This document shows, piece after piece, positions 29,048-31,107 of a DNA stretch of 31,107 nt (its first letter is position 1; each line of letters opens with the position of its first letter). The stretch comes from a virus. Its lineage: Duplodnaviria; Heunggongvirae; Uroviricota; Caudoviricetes. A program made the translations under genes and the position numbers. Under the pieces are notes generated by a model. That model saw nothing but the letters and a program-made list of their open reading frames with translations. It was not told the origin of the DNA and made no database searches. The stretch is taken from IMG/VR virus record IMGVR_UViG_2693429768_000006. The stretch is one strand, 5' to 3'.

Positions 29048-29185
29048 TCACCACCAGCGTATCTGACCGATGAAATAACCGGAGGCCATAATCACAAACA
29101 CCAGCCAGATAAGAATGAACTTCCAGGTGGATAATTTTTCAGCCATCACTCGAATCTCCCGAATCAGTTTGCTAAAATCAAACAC
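29048..29185 (-). CDS. candidate 45-aa single-pass membrane protein, translationally coupled to Rz
   Basis: GTG start at 29185 preceded by AGGAG at 5-nt spacing; product MFDFSKLIREIRVMAEKLSTWKFILIWLVFVIMASGYFIGQIRWW has a 20-residue hydrophobic stretch; stop is 1 nt before the Rz ATG. Confidence 0.4.
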   Translation of the reverse strand: MFDFSKLIREIRVMAEKLSTWKFILIWLVFVIMASGYFIGQIRWW

Positions 29186-29221
29186 ACTTTCTCCTTTGAC
29201 TTTTCCAGAGTCAGGAAACAC

Positions 29222-29257
29222 AAAACCCCGCTTGCAGCCAACAAACGGGGTTTTTAC
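29222..29257. terminator. bidirectional terminator-like hairpin between R and the small ORF
   Basis: AAAACCCCG ... CGGGGTTTT stem with T-runs on both sides. Confidence 0.4.
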
Positions 29258-29344
29258 TTTTATTCACTTAGTTTTTGTCAGTTCGCAGGATTTCGTGTTA
29301 TCCGTCCGTGTAAGCAAACCGCATTTTTCAGCAAAATATTCTGC

Positions 29345-29878
29345 TTATCTGTCGATACCCCAGCACGCCAGCGCGCTCTCCTGGTCACGACGGGATACCT
29401 GACCGTAGCAGTTGTTTGAACGAATACGGCAGTCTCTGCCACCGTCCTTAATCCACCAGCGAATCGCCTCACACGCTCCCCTGCGATCACCTGCATTAAT
29501 TCGTTTATAAAACGTCGACGGGAAACACTTACCGGGACCAATGTTGTACGGACAGAATGACGCGATCCCCGCTTTCTGGGGTTCGCTCAATGGCACTTTG
29601 ATGTTTTTCTCCACCCATGCCAGCGCCTTATCACGCTCAATGGCGTTAACCCGGTCGCATTTTTCCTTCGACAACTTCATGCCCGGAACGACAGGTTTGC
29701 CATCCACCAGGATGGCACCGCGGCAGATGGTCCAGATACCCGCGCCATCACGGTATGCCGTGGTGTGGTTACCTTCCTTTTCATCCAGAAACTGGTCGAG
29801 AATGTCAGGCGCAGGCGCACCAGCGGCAATCAGCGCCAGAACGGCAGCCGACAGGCCGTATCTGATTTTTGCGTTCAT
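29345..29878 (-). CDS. R: SAR-type endolysin (GH24, T4-lysozyme-like)
   Basis: 177 aa; N-terminal weakly hydrophobic Gly/Ala-rich stretch (LSAAVLALIAAGAPAP) typical of a signal-arrest-release domain; catalytic E-x8-D-x5-T spacing in EGNHTTAYRDGAGIWT. Confidence 0.85.
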   Translation of the reverse strand: MNAKIRYGLSAAVLALIAAGAPAPDILDQFLDEKEGNHTTAYRDGAGIWTICRGAILVDGKPVVPGMKLSKEKCDRVNAIERDKALAWVEKNIKVPLSEPQKAGIASFCPYNIGPGKCFPSTFYKRINAGDRRGACEAIRWWIKDGGRDCRIRSNNCYGQVSRRDQESALACWGIDR

Positions 29879-29983
29879 GGATATTTATCAGGATTTATCG
29901 GTTTCTGAGCCCTGGATATGTTTATCAGTTCCAGCCTGTTGCCTCAGGCTGCTAACAGGTCAATACAATCATGAGGATTATTT

Positions 29984-30256
29984 ATGGACAATAACACCAT
30001 TTCTCTACAGGAGTTGCTCGACAGCATTTCCAGGCTTCGGGAAGACGTGAATACCCTTACCGTCGCCTTCTCATATCTGGCATTCTCAATTCCAAGGGAA
30101 CAGATGCAATCAACGCTGGCATCAATCCAGTTTGAATCATGCAATCCCAAATGGTCTCAGGAACAACAAGACTCTTTCAGGCGGCTTGCTGTATTACTGG
30201 ATGAAAAATATGCTGGTAAAATTACCATTTCGGCGGACTCTTCAGAGAACCCGTAA
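29984..30256 (+). CDS. hypothetical protein (90 aa), plus-strand moron inside the lysis cassette
   Basis: ATG at 29984 preceded by GAGGA at about 9-nt spacing; lower GC than neighbours; only plus-strand ORF with a credible start in the late region. Confidence 0.4.
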   Translation: MDNNTISLQELLDSISRLREDVNTLTVAFSYLAFSIPREQMQSTLASIQFESCNPKWSQEQQDSFRRLAVLLDEKYAGKITISADSSENP

Positions 30257-30566
30257 TTATTCCCGGTAGTTTTCCTCTGTAGGTTATCAACACATCCTGC
30301 GCCTCTAAAATTACGGGGCGCTTTTCCGGCGACTGCTCATCCCCTTCACATAACCCGGCAGCAACATCCAGGAAGACCTGTCTGATGCTCCTTCTGGCTG
30401 CTGCCTCATAAAACTCCAGCGCGGCACCTTCAACACGGTCCAGCGAGATGTCCAGGTCAAAAATTTCACCGTCAAAGCGTTTTTTGTCCCGTAACGCTAA
30501 AGTTACCGTAACTTTATTCTCAAAATTGCGGATCCCTTTCACAATCAGTTCATAGTTTTGAGTCAT
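30222..30566 (-). CDS. hypothetical protein between holin and endolysin (position of ydfR in Qin-type lysis cassettes)
   Basis: 114-aa ORF starting 4 nt after the holin stop with GGGGAGAG SD inside the holin 3' end. Family not recognised; ydfR-like assignment is by position and memory only. Confidence 0.6.
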   Translation of the reverse strand: MTQNYELIVKGIRNFENKVTVTLALRDKKRFDGEIFDLDISLDRVEGAALEFYEAAARRSIRQVFLDVAAGLCEGDEQSPEKRPVILEAQDVLITYRGKLPGIITGSLKSPPKW

Positions 30567-30570
30567 TGAA

Positions 30571-30786
30571 TTACTCTCCCCGTGCAGCCTTACGACGGTC
30601 CTCTCTGATTTTGAAATACAGGTTAGTCAGATATGTCAGCAGCCCAAACAGCAGACTCCCCAGCACGCCTATTGCCGCCCACTGAGACGGGGAAACCCTG
30701 TCCAGCAACTGCAGGAACCAGTAGCCCGTTCCCACCGCTGACGTGGTGTATGACACACCTGTTGTGATTTTTTCCATCTGGTACAT
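30571..30786 (-). CDS. S: phage-21-type pinholin (S21 family), dual-start motif M-Y-Q-M
   Basis: Product ...[68 protein letters not shown] is near-identical in its core to the S21 holin as recalled; two in-frame ATGs at 30786 and 30777; GGGAGA SD. Confidence 0.85.
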   Translation of the reverse strand: MYQMEKITTGVSYTTSAVGTGYWFLQLLDRVSPSQWAAIGVLGSLLFGLLTYLTNLYFKIREDRRKAARGE

Positions 30787-30821
30787 ACCCCGTCTCCCGT
30801 TATCCGGAAGCTGACAACAAT

Positions 30822-30851
30822 AAAAAAAGCCACCAGTTAAGTACTGATGGC
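30822..30851 (-). terminator. tR'-like rho-independent terminator just upstream of the holin gene
   Basis: Minus strand reads GCCATCAG-TACTTAA-CTGGTGGC followed by a 7-U run (8-bp stem, one mismatch). Confidence 0.5.
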
Positions 30852-31107
30852 TCTGATAACTCATGCAGGCATCTCAGACGACCCACTGACACTACCGGTG
30901 AGTTTAACGATACCTTCCATTTGACTGGCTCACTTTTTATGATGATGCTGGTGCATTTATCTCCAGCACCAGACTTTCTATCTCAACGCCATACGCTGCA
31001 TTTTTGGTAATATCCGTCAGCGTCAGCGCATTCAGCCCCAGTGTCAGACTGTCTTTTATGACCTGGAATGCCGGGCCAGCCACTCCATTCAGTTTCGGAG
31101 TAACCGT

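Noticed and set aside
1-31107. CRISPR arrays, tRNA or rRNA genes
   Set aside because: No short direct repeats with regular spacers and no cloverleaf-like segments were seen on reading; the only repeats are the tail-fibre-locus inverted and direct repeats and the hairpin modules described above.

Overview
This window is the late region of a lambda-like (lambdoid) prophage, almost all encoded on the minus strand, ending in a rearranged tail-fibre inversion locus. Calls rest on reading the supplied ORF translations against lambda proteins and sequence motifs recalled from memory; no database search was run. In phage order (high to low coordinate): a tR'-like terminator, a lysis cassette (phage-21-type pinholin, a 114-aa hypothetical, a SAR-type GH24 endolysin, a candidate 45-aa membrane ORF, Rz/Rz1), cos (cosN 28314-28325), terminase Nu1/A, head genes W-B-C(Nu3)-D-E-FI-FII, tail genes Z-U-V-G/T(-1 frameshift)-H-M-L-K-I-J, the lom moron and side tail fibre stf. 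The most unusual part is 1-6300: a Gin/Pin-type invertible tail-fibre switch with two alternative fibre C-termini, two convergent tfa genes and three gix-like 26-bp sites, embedded in ~840-bp inverted repeats and a ~615-bp direct repeat. The only invertase copies are two decayed pin 5' fragments, and stf as it stands is C-terminally truncated by a junction to a methyltransferase fragment. An AT-rich SAM-dependent methyltransferase moron sits beside it. Other candidates are a promoter-terminator pair for a ~100-nt RNA between I and J and extra genes interrupting the lysis cassette. No tRNA, rRNA or CRISPR array was seen.
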